A stretch of 64,000 nucleotides of DNA from the human T2T-CHM13v2.0 reference genome, Homo sapiens. Positions 14,673 through 26,665 of the stretch are shown one piece after another. The position numbers and the translations under genes were made by a program. The notes beneath the pieces are model-generated. The model made no database searches and had not been told where the DNA came from. It worked only from the letters and a program-made list of their open reading frames with translations. Numbering within the stretch: position 1 is the stretch's first letter; every line of letters starts with the position of its first letter. Where the stretch lies: assembly GCF_009914755.1 (NCBI RefSeq), contig NC_060925.1; one strand, given 5' to 3'.

Positions 14673-15050
14673 GCCTCTCCTGGTGTCTGGAATCGCCCTT
14701 GGGGGATCTAGAGTATCGCATTTACTGATAATTCATTCTAGAAGCATCCTGGCTGTCGTCAGCCCTTAGGGATTATGGTGAATTGCCCCCAAAACACACA
14801 TGCACACATACCCAAACTCTCGGTATGAAGGAAATCGGCTTGCCCTCCGAAGGTTAAACCGTAAAATCCACTCGGAATGAATTGAAACCGACAAATGCAG
14901 GAAACCCTATGAAAGAAAAGCTTCTGGAACTGGGCTGATTGTAACCCAATTAAAGATATTAGCACAGCTGTAAAAAGACTTTGCAAAGATGGGGATGGGG
15001 AGTGGCCAGAGCATTTGAGCTAATGGCTCAAACTTGCTTCTAATCTGTCC

Positions 15051-15355
15051 TTATTTATTTACGTATTTAAATATTTTTTAAGAGACAGGGTCTCACTCTG
15101 TCTCCCAGGCTGAAGTTCAGTGGCATGATCATAGTTCACTGTAGCCTCAAACAATCCCCACTGAGCTCAAGCAATCCTCCTGCCTAAGCCTCCCTAGTAT
15201 CTAGGACTACAGGTGCGCACCATCATGCTCGGCTTTTAAAATTTTTTTTGTAGAGATGGAGGCTCTCTCTGTCTTGAACTCCTGGCCTCAAGCAATCCTC
15301 CTGCTTGGGTCTCCCAAAGTGCTGGGATTATAGGCAAGAGCCACCATGCCTGGCC
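15051..15355 (-). mobile_element. AluJ
   Basis: atcatagttcactgtagcctca...gctcaagcaatcctcc; TSD-like tctgtc flanks. Confidence 0.93.
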
Positions 15356-15534
15356 CAGTCTGTCTTTTAAAACCTACTTGCATTGCTATTTCAATAACCA
15401 GAGCTATAGCTGTTTTTAAAATGCTTAAGTTTAAAGATGGTGATAATTGGTGATAATGAAATATTATTCAGAAGATTCCTTTGTGAAATCAACATTGAAA
15501 TAGTAGCTATTGTATATTACTAGGTTTGAGCTGA

Positions 15535-15790
15535 TAATAAATGCTAACATTTATTGAGTGCTTACAATTTACCAGCCTTACAAAAGACCACACTATATAA
15601 GTGCTTAGTGGGTTTTTGTGTGTGTATGTGGTGTTTTTTTAATCCTCACAACACTTTTCTAAGAGATGGTATTACCCCATTTTGCAGATAGGGCTATGGA
15701 GGCTCAGAAAGGTGAGGTGGCAGGTAGAGCCGGAACTGGAGGCTAGAGACAATTTTTTACTTCAGAGTCCTTGCTCCTAATCCCTATCAG
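15535..15790 (-). mobile_element. MIR SINE
   Basis: gctaacatttattgagtgcttac...aatcctcacaac...ccccattttgcagat. Confidence 0.8.
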
Positions 15791-16259
15791 ATTAAAGAGT
15801 CTGTCTCCAGTCCTTCTGGCTGACAGGGCAGTGCTGGGAGGCCAAAGACTTAGCTGACCGAGAGGGATCAAAGTAGGAAATGTGAGGTGTGCTCTAGGGA
15901 AGGGATAGGGAAATTCCCTATTGTACTTACAAAGAGGGTGAAGAGTTAGAAAATTTCCTAGGACATTAGGAGCCTGAATATGGGGAGCCTTCTGGGACAG
16001 GAATTTTGAACAGAGAAAGTAGAGATAAGATAGATGGAAAGAGAGATAGAAGGATGGCTGGTTAGACAGACGAGTGGATAGATGGGTACTGAACCCAGTT
16101 TTCTTCTATCATATGGGTTGGGCTGGATTCAAGAGGCTTTTATCCTATGGACTGACCTAGAACCAGGCAATGGACTCTAATGAGTTTTGTTCTGTTTTAT
16201 AAAATAAAGCTCCTCCTCATATGTGGGTGGCTAGGTCCCCTCCTCCTTCCATAATTTTT

Positions 16260-16700
16260 TTCTAGTTATAAAGTTAACATATACTTGTGGAAAATTGTTG
16301 GAAAGTATAAAAAAGCAGAGGAAAAAAAGCACCCTAGGACCCAGAAATACCACTGCTAACATCTAGTTTACATCCATTCTTTTTGCGTATGTTTTAAACC
16401 TAGTTGTTATATATGTCTTAACATATAATACATAAGCAACTTTGTCTTCTGCTTTTTTCCACTTAAAATTATAGCATAAGCATTTTAACAATAATATAAA
16501 ACTCTTCATAAACATCCATTATATGAATGTATCATGATTGACTCAGTTTACCACTGTTAGGCATTTAGATTTTCCTGGGTTTTTCACTATTTTTAAATAA
16601 TTATTCTGTGGCCATTTTTTTTTTTGCATAAATCCTTATTCACACTTCAGATTTTTTTGAAATCTAGGTTTCTAGTACTGCAATTGCTGGCTCAAAGCTT
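16260..16700 (-). mobile_element. Ancient L1 (L1ME-like) 3' end
   Basis: AT-rich; acccagaaataccactgctaacat...ggcatttagatttt...aattgctggctcaaag. Confidence 0.6.
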
Positions 16701-17035
16701 TAAACAAAACAATATATTTTACCACCCAGAAACTCATAGTAAGATTTTTTTTTCTCTCTCTCTTTTGAATTCTGTGTCTTTCTACTCCCTGAAGTGTTGT
16801 CATCCATGGCTCCCAGGGTCACATCCAAGCTTCCTGGGGTAGCCCACAGGGCTCTCTATGAATCATCTCTGCCTGCCACCCAGCCTTGCCTCCTGCCCCT
16901 TCTCCACATGCTCTCCTGGTCCAGTCCAGCAAACCAAACTCCTTGTAATTCCCTAAGTATGTTCACCTGCCTAATACCTGTGTCCTCACATATGCTGCTT
17001 CCCCTGCTGTAATGCTTCCCCCAGTCTTTGTCTAA

Positions 17036-17593
<558 letters not shown>

Positions 17594-19678
17594 TAATAAT
17601 AGTTAAATTTTTTTGAGAATTATGTGCCTGGTACAATGCCTTAAGTAAGTCACAGGCATCACCTCATTTAATCTTCAAAACAACTCCTTACAAACAAGGA
17701 CACTGAAGCTCAGAAAGGTTAAGGAACCTGCCCAAAGGTAGCAAAGTTATTGAGTCAACGTTGAATTGAGATTTAAACGCGGGCCTGAGCCTGAGCTCTT
17801 AACCACAAACTTATCCTGCTCTGGGTAAAATGGAGAGAAGCCCCCTCAGACCCCTTGCAACTTTTCTAAGAACAATTTGAAAACCACTGCTCTAATCTAG
17901 ATCATCAGCTCCTTGAGCAAAGGGACTGTTATTTGCCATTGTGTTCTAGCATACAATGCCTGCACTCAGGAAATCTTTAATGGGTAAATGAATGACTTTT
18001 TTCTTTTGAAGATTACTGTTTAGGGAAGATTATCTATACACTTTAGTAGCCTTCAAGTGAAAGCAAGCCTAGAAAGACTTGCTGAGTGGTAGAGCATCAA
18101 GGCTCATTGGCCAGAAGGCCAGGCCATACCCAAGCTGATAAGGCTTCCCACAGTCAGACACATGGGACCAGTACAGGAGTTGGGAGATGGGCATTAGGAC
18201 TTAAAGAAAATAGGGGCAATTTCCTGATAGAAGGTTAAACACTTCAGTTCTTGCTGGAAGGAGTGATTAGCCTGGTCCTTTTCTTATCAGAATTCAGCTG
18301 TTTCCACCACAGTAAGTAATGGACAAATTGGGCATCTGGCTTACTTGATTTCCCATGGCTAAGGCCGATTTCTGAAGTGCAATATGCTATTTGATGTACC
18401 ACAGTGAATTTGTCTTGGGCTTGAGAGCCTCTCAATGGCAACAAGCAAAAATAACTCTTGGAGAAGTTCCACACATACTGAACACAAAACACCCTAAAAT
18501 GTAACCTGTACTCTGCAGCCTGCTCAGCTGAGTCCCTAATGGGGTAGCAGGCTATATGCAGATAGGAACCTGCTCAGACGGGGGCATGGAAAGGGAGGAG
18601 TATATGGGAGGAGTAACAAATGGATGGAGTGGGTTAACTGGAAAAGTTCCTGGAAGAGATGACCTGGGGTAAACTGGAGTAGTTTGGTAACTGAGAAGAG
18701 GTTATTGCAGGAGTGTCAGACTACCCACAGAGACTCTTTTTTAGCTCATTTGTGGCCTGGGTAATTGAGTGACCATGGGACATAGAAAATGGAGAAGCAA
18801 GTTTGGTCTAATTTTGAAACCAGTGTAAATTGAATAGATATCAGCAGCAGAGAGGGAGCAAAGAAGAAAACTTTAGAATCTGTGGGTTTCTGATGGAGAT
18901 TCTATGTGGGTGGATTCCAATGCTCCAGAATTTCCAAATTTGTGAGCTTGAGAAGAGATTCCATATGTGGGAGCTCTTTGTAACAGAGGATCAGCAGGGG
19001 CAAAATATGAAGGAAAGATTAGTTAATGGAAATGCAATACAGTGAGAGAGAATTATAGAGGTTTGAAAGTTGAGACTGCAATGAATTTCTCTGGGATGTT
19101 TCAGTGCTGTCTTGCTGGGAAATGATGGGTCAGATAAGGGAGCTACCAAGATTTCCCTAAACACCCATTGAGTGCCTACTAAGTGTTGGACTCTGCCAGG
19201 AGATGGAGAAACAAAATGAAAAAGACACAATTTTTGTATTTGAGAAGCTCAAAGAATAAAGGAGGCAGACAGGAAAATGATCACTAAAACACAGCATGAT
19301 GTGCACCTTAACCAGGGGGTTTACCCAGCTCTGTGGGATGCCTGTAGGAATCCAAACAACTACCCTCTAGAGAGACGGCATTTTGATCAGTCAACTGCTC
19401 AAGAGGTTCTCACTGAGCTACCAATAAGCATCTGGCCCTGGCCAGGGCAGCAGGGAGGTGAAGGTAGATCCTTTGCACTGGAGGGATTTGCAGAAGAACA
19501 AAGAAATGAGGGTTCACTGTGGAACAAAGTATACAGGGAACCCTTGAAGATGATAGGCTTGCAGGTGGGTTCTAAAGAGTACGGAGGATTTTGAGAGTGT
19601 CACTTGGCTTGGAATGTTTTTTTCTCCACTTTACTCAGCGAATTTGTATTTTCACAAGTCTGTTCAGATGTTAATTCC

Positions 19679-19680
<2 letters not shown>

Positions 19681-19712
<32 letters not shown>

Positions 19713-20083
19713 ACGTGACAGTGTCTTGCTCTATTGCCCAGGCTGGAGGGCAATGGCGCGATCATAGCTCACTATAGCCAAGAACTCCTGAGCTTAAGGG
19801 ATCCTCCTGCTGCTGCCTCCTGAGTAGCTAAGACTTAAAGGCCTGCACCACCATACCCAGCTAATTCATTTTTTCTTTCTCCTTCCTTCCTTCCTTCCTT
19901 CCTTCCTTCCTTTCTCTTTCTCTCTCACTCTCTCTTTCTTTCTTTTTCTGTCTCTGTCTCTCTTTCTTTTTTCTTGTTGTTTAGAGATGGGGTCTCACTT
20001 TGTTGCCCAGGCTGGTCTCAAACTCCTGGCCTTAAGTGATCCTCCCACCTCAGCCTCTCAAAATGCTGGAATTATAGTCATGC
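19681..20083 (-). mobile_element. AluJ with microsatellites in tail and linker
   Basis: Both arms recognisable; (GT)15 at 19681-19711; (CCTT)n/CT-rich tract at about 19870-19975; TSD ttccaggt. Confidence 0.9.
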
Positions 20084-22014
20084 ATTTCCAGGTTTTAATA
20101 AGTGATTTTCTTCTTTCCTGCCTGCCTTTTCTCCCTCTCTCCTAACACACATTCATTGAGGGCCTGTTCCCTGTGCTGGGTGTTGGGGATATAAAAATAA
20201 CCAATGCTAAGGCTAAGCCCTTAATAGAGTTACAGTGTGTAGTGGAGTATGGGAGCTGCGGCTGGGGGACAGTGAGGTAAGTGCTGCAATAGCCAGGTAC
20301 GTAAAGTCTATTCTCATATACCTGCTACTAAAGGTTATGTATATGCATAGTATCTAATCCTAACAGAAATTCCAGGAGACGAGCATTGCCATTCCCAATT
20401 TACAAACAGGGGAACTGAGGCATAGAGAGTGTAATGGGCTGGACTCAAAGAGAACCTTCTAGAAACTCTACAATTGAAGTAATATGTATCTAGTCAGTAG
20501 TTGAGAGGTATCCAGAGTCTTTCGGGATGAAAAGGTGTTACAGAAATTGAAGGAGGCAACCTGCTTGACAGGAATATTATTCTGAAGCATGAAATCCATC
20601 TCTACCCTGCTTTCTGCTGGAGTCAAAGTGAAAATCTAGAGTTAGAAAAACCATGTCTTTTATCACAGGTGGGAGAAATTGCCCTTCAGAAAAGTAATGA
20701 TTTCTCTTAAAATTCCTTAAAGTTTCATAAACCATCTCGAACTGCTGTAGGAAAAACTGTAAAAATTTCATGAATCCAAAGCATCCTATGTTCTCAGAGC
20801 CCCCTGTACAATATCACATTTACTTCAAGTCTTTATTTCCATATTGAACCTTTCACCCCAGTGGCTATTTACTGATTTCCTGGGCCACGTAGGTAGGAGT
20901 GGAAAACTGTTTGAGCAGACCTAAGAGTGCAACCCATGGTGCTGGTGTGGGTGCTTTAATCTATCCCTCATGGCACCTCCAGCAGCTGGCTGCTGTCTGA
21001 ACATTTCAACAGGACATTCCTCTCCACCCAACTCCAGGGCAAGAATCCTTCCTCGCCTTTAGAAAACACTTTCCACTCACATATATTGGATCTTGCTCTA
21101 CAACTGGTGAGGTAGGCAGGTCAGAAATTGTTCTTTTCTTTTAGCAGATGGGCATACTGAGGCTTTGGAAACTAACGTTTATGGAGTATCTGCTTTGTAC
21201 TAAGCACTTTCATTAAGCATCCAATCAGTCTGTCCTTCTCTGGCAGCAGCCAGGACTTTTGTGCCTTGTGGAAGTTCTGCCCATCAGTGGATCAAGAGCT
21301 ATAACCAACAGATATCTCTATCTGGCACAGAAAGCTGGAGCCAGAGGGGCTCTTTGGAGACCAATCTTCAACCTCTACTATGTGTAGACAAGGGGGAAAG
21401 TAAAGTCCCGGAGAGGGTAAGAGACTCACCTATGAGCACCAAGCAAATGAGTGGTTCAGCCACCCTGGCAGAGGACTTCATATTCCCAACCCCATTTACT
21501 GCCACACAGTTTCAGCTGCTCCCTGCAGGGAACCTCTGGGATAATCAAGTCAGGAAACATGGGGATGGAACAAAGGTTTGGGGACCCACAGTCCAGTTCC
21601 CAGAGTTGCTAAGGCCTCAGTGACACAGTCGGCAAGTGCCCTAGGGATGTGATTTTTAACAGGGGTGGTTCTGTCTTTTCCTAGGGAGTGATAAATATCC
21701 TGCCATAGGGGGTAAAGAATTACCTCACCCAGAATGCCATGGCTATGGCCTCCTGTCCTCCTAGTTTATTTCTGATGTGTACGTGGGGTGTATGAGGGGT
21801 ATCCTTTACCCCTCACCCTCCACAAAGTGGGTTTACTCCTTCCACAAAAAGACTCTCCTCTGGGCCAATGGACTCGAAAGCCTGTCAGGTATGGACACTC
21901 GGGTCCCTTGGTTTCTAGTGAGGAGTTGCCATCCGAGGGCCTTCTAACCTGGTGACCCAGTGGGACCCCTGCTTCCCCTAAGAACAGACCTCGGTTTAAT
22001 TGAATGGTGAAACT

Positions 22015-22245
22015 GCGCTGTGTGTTTTTGTATGTCTCCTTGGTGTAATTATGTAGAACTGCATACTTGTTTATGTGCCTGTTTTTATTTACCATGTTTA
22101 TGTTTTTATGTATACGTATTTTCTGTTTGATATTTGTGAATGTATGTGTTTTCTGCATATGGCTATGTTGCGTGCTTGTGTGTGTGTATCTGTGTGTGTA
22201 TTTTGTGGGTTGGTGTGAATGAGTGCTGGTTGTGTGTGTGTTATT
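22015..22245 (+). repeat. Degenerate TG-rich low-complexity tract
   Basis: Dense interrupted tgtg/tatg runs. Confidence 0.8.
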
Positions 22246-22371
22246 TGACCATGTCACCAGCTGCTCTGTTTGTCAAGTAAATGTGTTATAATTTATTTAT
22301 TTATTTGACAGAAAGAGAGCAGCTTATCTTAAGGGCTGCAGGAGGCAAGAAAAGAAAAGAAAAAAAAAAAG

Positions 22372-22500
22372 CCAGCCCCGTGTTGCTCTATTTTAAAAAC
22401 TGCTCTGCGTTGTTATGGCAGCTAATTTTCCTTAAATGATTTAAGGAAACGGATCTGTCTAAAAGAGCTGCAGCCAAGTTGTTATAGCAACACAGGCAGC
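22372..22500. mobile_element. Imperfect palindromic ancient element (MER125-like, tentative) with RFX X-boxes
   Basis: Core tttccttaaat-g-atttaaggaaa (22427-22449); outer arms gtgttgct / agcaacac. Confidence 0.55.
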
Positions 22501-25169
22501 AGCTGAGGAGGGCCTTTCTCCTCTAGTAAACGGGGGGAAATCACCTCGGAGTGTACAAACCTCTCAAAATAGCAACTTTGGGTTCTGAGGGACTCTGGAG
22601 GTAAAGGAAAGGGCTGCTGGAAACCCATTCACCTCCCCAGACAGACCCTGGGGGATTCTTCCTAGCAACAGCCTTTTCACTTGAGTTGGGATCTCATCAT
22701 TCTTACCTCGGCTATGGCAGTAAGCACCTACCTGGTCTCCCTTCTTCCCACGTAGTCTCACCTCCTTTGATCCACTCTCCACACTGCAGCCTTAGTAGTT
22801 TTCTAAAGCATGCATTGTTTATTCATCAGTGCATTCATCATTCAACAGAATATTCTCTACAGTGCCGGGTTCTGTGCTAGGTCCTGGGAGTACAGAAAGG
22901 TGCTGAATGAAATGAATAGGGCATGTTTTTGAGCAGCATGCCAGGGAACACTAGCCTTTATTCCAGAAGTAATGCAGGCCCACTGAAAGAATTTAAAGCA
23001 GGGAAGACAGACCCAGGTGGATTTAAATTTTAGAATGACTCCAAGATTTCTAGATTGAAGAATTGAGTGGCTGGAAATGCTATTCATTGATCTCTCTTTC
23101 CCTTGCTCCAGCGTTTTTGAGGACTCTCCATGGACTACTCTGATTTTCAAGACTGAGAGAGGATATATGCTGGAATATTCCTAACAAGCGGCACTTTGTT
23201 TCCTTGCTTTGATTTTTTTTTTAGTCGTGATATTTAATTCAGTTAAAAATCAATTTAAAAGTGGGCCTGAGACCTTGATTTTAGTAAGAAGAGAGCATTG
23301 GGCCATAGGAAGAAGCCAAATGCCTTGGGGCAGTGTTCAAACCCATCCATGGGCTTCCTCAGCCTGCACCTCACATGCCCTCCTCACAGCTACCTGTTAT
23401 AAATCCTGCACACCAAGCCCAGAAGCTGAGGTCTTCCACCTCCATTCCATTGCTCAGATTTTCCTGGAATGCCCTCTCCCCTTTCCCTATAACTTCCCTT
23501 CTCTCCAAAGCTCAGCCACCTGATGAAGTATTACCAATCTCCAAAGGACCAGTACAAATGCAGATTTCTCAAAAAAGCTTCCTTGGATCACCCACCCCCC
23601 ACCCCCACATGGATTAATCTCTTTCAGCCCCACGTTTCCAAAGCACTGTTTGCTTAATTATAGCACACCTTCCTAACTGCCTGGAATTAAAATTTCATAA
23701 GGGTCTGGCCTTCTCATCAGATTGTAAGCTTCTCCCGACCTGGGACTCTGCCCTATTAATCTCTGTAACCCCAGAGATAGCTCAAGAGTCTTGCAAATGG
23801 GAACATTGAAAAATGTGTGCTGCAGTCAATTAACTGAGGATTTTAAGGCAAACACTACTTTGTTATTTAGCTTCATCAAACACTGGGTGCACCTGACAAG
23901 TACATAGTTAGATGCTAGTGGAGTTGCAGGTGGATGGTCCTGGGAAGCCCATTCACATATGGGCTTAGCTTTCTAAGATCATAACTGGATATAGCTGTGA
24001 GAGGAGGGCCCTGTCTGTGGCCTTGTGGGTGAGTGACTCTGGTTGTGTGGCTGATTGTGTGATGTGAAGTCACTGTCATACTCTGTGGTGTGTGTACTAG
24101 GAGAAAGCCAAACTCCCATGGACAGCGGGTAAGCTCTCGCCTGAAAGGTAATATCATTTCTGGTGCTAATTAGATCTCAGATCTAAAATCAGAATTGGAA
24201 AGAGAGACCTGGATTACAGAACAGTTAGAACTGGCTCCCACCAGTTCTAAAACTGATATCTTTACCACCACTAAAGATATCAAAATGTCTAAGTACAGCT
24301 CCCAAACAAGACATGGTTAGATGGTGAGGGCAGGTTAGGGACTGGGAAGACAAGGGATCTGGGATCTGAGTGAACCCTTGATGGCCATAGAGAGCTAATT
24401 TCAGTGGGGGGTAAAATGGGGTAGATGCCGAGTCCAGGACTGAAGCAAGTATATGAAGATGATCAGAATCCTCTCTCATGGGAATGGGAGTGGGTGATGC
24501 CATCTCAGGTTCTATCCTTGGGAGTGTTGGACAATCTCAGCAGGTTGCAGGGAAATCTCTGTCACCAGATCAGAGCCTTCATTAAAGGAGGACACAGTGA
24601 TGGTGGCAGTGGGATCAGGGGATACTCTGAGGGAGAGATAAGATTGGGGAGGGGTTTGTGGTTCAATTCTTCCTTTTATCAGGAAAGTCTTCTAAAACCA
24701 AGTCACAGAAGCTCTAGGTTCGCTTCATCATTTGCTCAACATTTATCCTGAGCACCTGCTTACAGCCAGGTCCCTGCTGGGCGCCAGAGACCCTGAGATG
24801 AGTTAACCAGACCCTTTCCCTGGGGGACAATCAATCATAACTGGCAAACAGGGGCCAGGCCACAGTGTCCACAGGCAGCTATCATGAGAGTGGAGAATGA
24901 AACACTATGTCTCAGATCAACGGTAGTCCTCTTGGTTAAACACTTTGTTTTCAAGATCATCATTTAATACCCAATGTCCCCAAGAGGGGTAAGATTTTAG
25001 TGAGCACAGGGCTAGGAAAGCAGCCTTTGAAGTCAATGTCATCACTAATACAAGGACAGCAGGCTCCTGTTTCCAGGTTAGGAACACATAGAAGGGCTCA
25101 TTCCAGAAGCCTTCCAGTGCAGGCCAGACATATCACTTCAGGTCTACTGTACACTGAGCACCTCTAAAG

Positions 25170-25840
25170 ATGAATGCATCACTTGGCCCTGTACTAACTG
25201 TTCCTCCTGGGTTCCCATCTCAGGAAAAGTACCACACTACTCGGCTGCCCAAGTCAAAACCATAGGGATCATGCAAGACTCCTTCCTCTCCCATCAGCCA
25301 CAGTCACCATGTCCCTTAGGTCTGGCTCCTTATTACCTCTAGACTCCTCTTCTTCCTTTTCAACTCCACAGCAGCAAACTCTAATGGTCTCACTGTCTCT
25401 AGTTCGGCACCGTCCGAATTTATTTTTCTAACAGGCACCAGAGGGGTCTCTCTGAAATGCAAACCTAATTTGTCAATTCCCTGCTTAAAATCCTCAGTGG
25501 CTCCCTATTCCCATGAAAGTAAAGTCCAGATTGCTCCCTGTGTCATAACAACCTCTTCTGTCTGCCCCTGGTAACAGCCACACTGAATGACTTCCAGCCT
25601 CCTGAGTAAGACACCCTCTCAGGGCAGGTGCACATGCTGTTTCCTCTGCCTGGAAAGTTCTCCCTGACCTGAGCATCCCTCATGTATCAGCCCAGGTGTT
25701 GCCTCCTGGGTTGGGTTCCCACAACCCCTGTGCTTTACTCTATAAATGCACCTAGAATAACTGTCTGTAAATGTCTGTCTCCACCAGGCTGTGAACTCGG
25801 CACCCAGCACAGGGCCTGAAGGAATGACAGTTGATATTGG
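25170..25840 (+). mobile_element. LINE L2 3' region
   Basis: ccctgcttaaaatcctcagtggctccc...tgctgtttcctctgcctggaa...tgtctgtctccaccaggctgtgaactc. Confidence 0.75.
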
Positions 25841-26167
25841 AGGGTCTTGCTGATTCTCTGCTTGTTGATTCTGTGGGCAGAAGGCAACCTGGACAGGAGG
25901 AGTGAGACTGTGCATTTAGAAAAAAGCCCAGAAGTTGTCCTGGCAGTTCAGATAGTTCAGGGTTGAGTGACTATGTATGTGACACTGAAATTCAGGAGCA
26001 GAAATGCACTTAAAGCTCTTAGGGCAGATGCCTCAGGGAACTGCAGTGTTTGCAACTGGGCACAAAGATGTCTGAAGTCAAATGTGAATTTGAATCAGAT
26101 CCAGGTAATGGTTGTTGAGGGTCTGCTGTACACCAGCACTGTGCTAGGTGTTTTTGCATCATTATTA

Positions 26168-26463
26168 TTATACTTTTTGAAAAGGAGTCTTGATCTGTCA
26201 CTCAGGCTGGAGTGCAGTGGCGCAGTCTTGGCTCACTGCAACCTCCGTCTCCCAGGTTTAGGTAATTCTCCTGCCTCAGCCTCCTGAGTAGCTGGGATTA
26301 GAGGCATGTGCCACCACACCTGGCTAATTTTTTTTGTATTTTTAGTAGAGACCGGGTTTTGCCATGTTGGCCAGGCTGGTCTCGAACTCCTGACTTCAGG
26401 TGGTCCGCCTGCCTCAGCTTCCCAAAGTGCTGGGATTATAGGGGTGAGCCACCGCATCTGGCC
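26168..26463 (-). mobile_element. AluS
   Basis: Full dimer. TSD ttgcatcattatta / tcgcatcattttta. Confidence 0.95.
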
Positions 26464-26479
26464 TCGCATCATTTTTAAT

Positions 26480-26665
26480 AGACAGAGTGTACAATTTATC
26501 ATCCAAATCAGAACAATTTCGGGAGTGAAAAGAGGGCATTGTTAAAAGATACTCCAGGACAGTAGGTATAAACCAGAACTCACTGTTTAGTTAGTTCTAA
26601 ACAGTTAGTGAGTGACAGGACAGTAGGTATAAACCAGGAAAGCCAAGACTTATGACCATTCTACC
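26480..26665 (+). mobile_element. MER81-like hAT-Blackjack MITE with internal duplication
   Basis: tttatcatccaaatcagaaca...gagtgaaaagagggc...ggtataaaccagg...tatgaccattcta. Confidence 0.65.

Noticed and set aside
21766-22257. 163-aa His/Thr-rich ORF
   Set aside because: Product of the degenerate (CA)n tract.
26555-26637. CRISPR-like repeat-spacer-repeat
   Set aside because: Only two copies, in eukaryotic DNA with no cas genes. Better explained as a local duplication.
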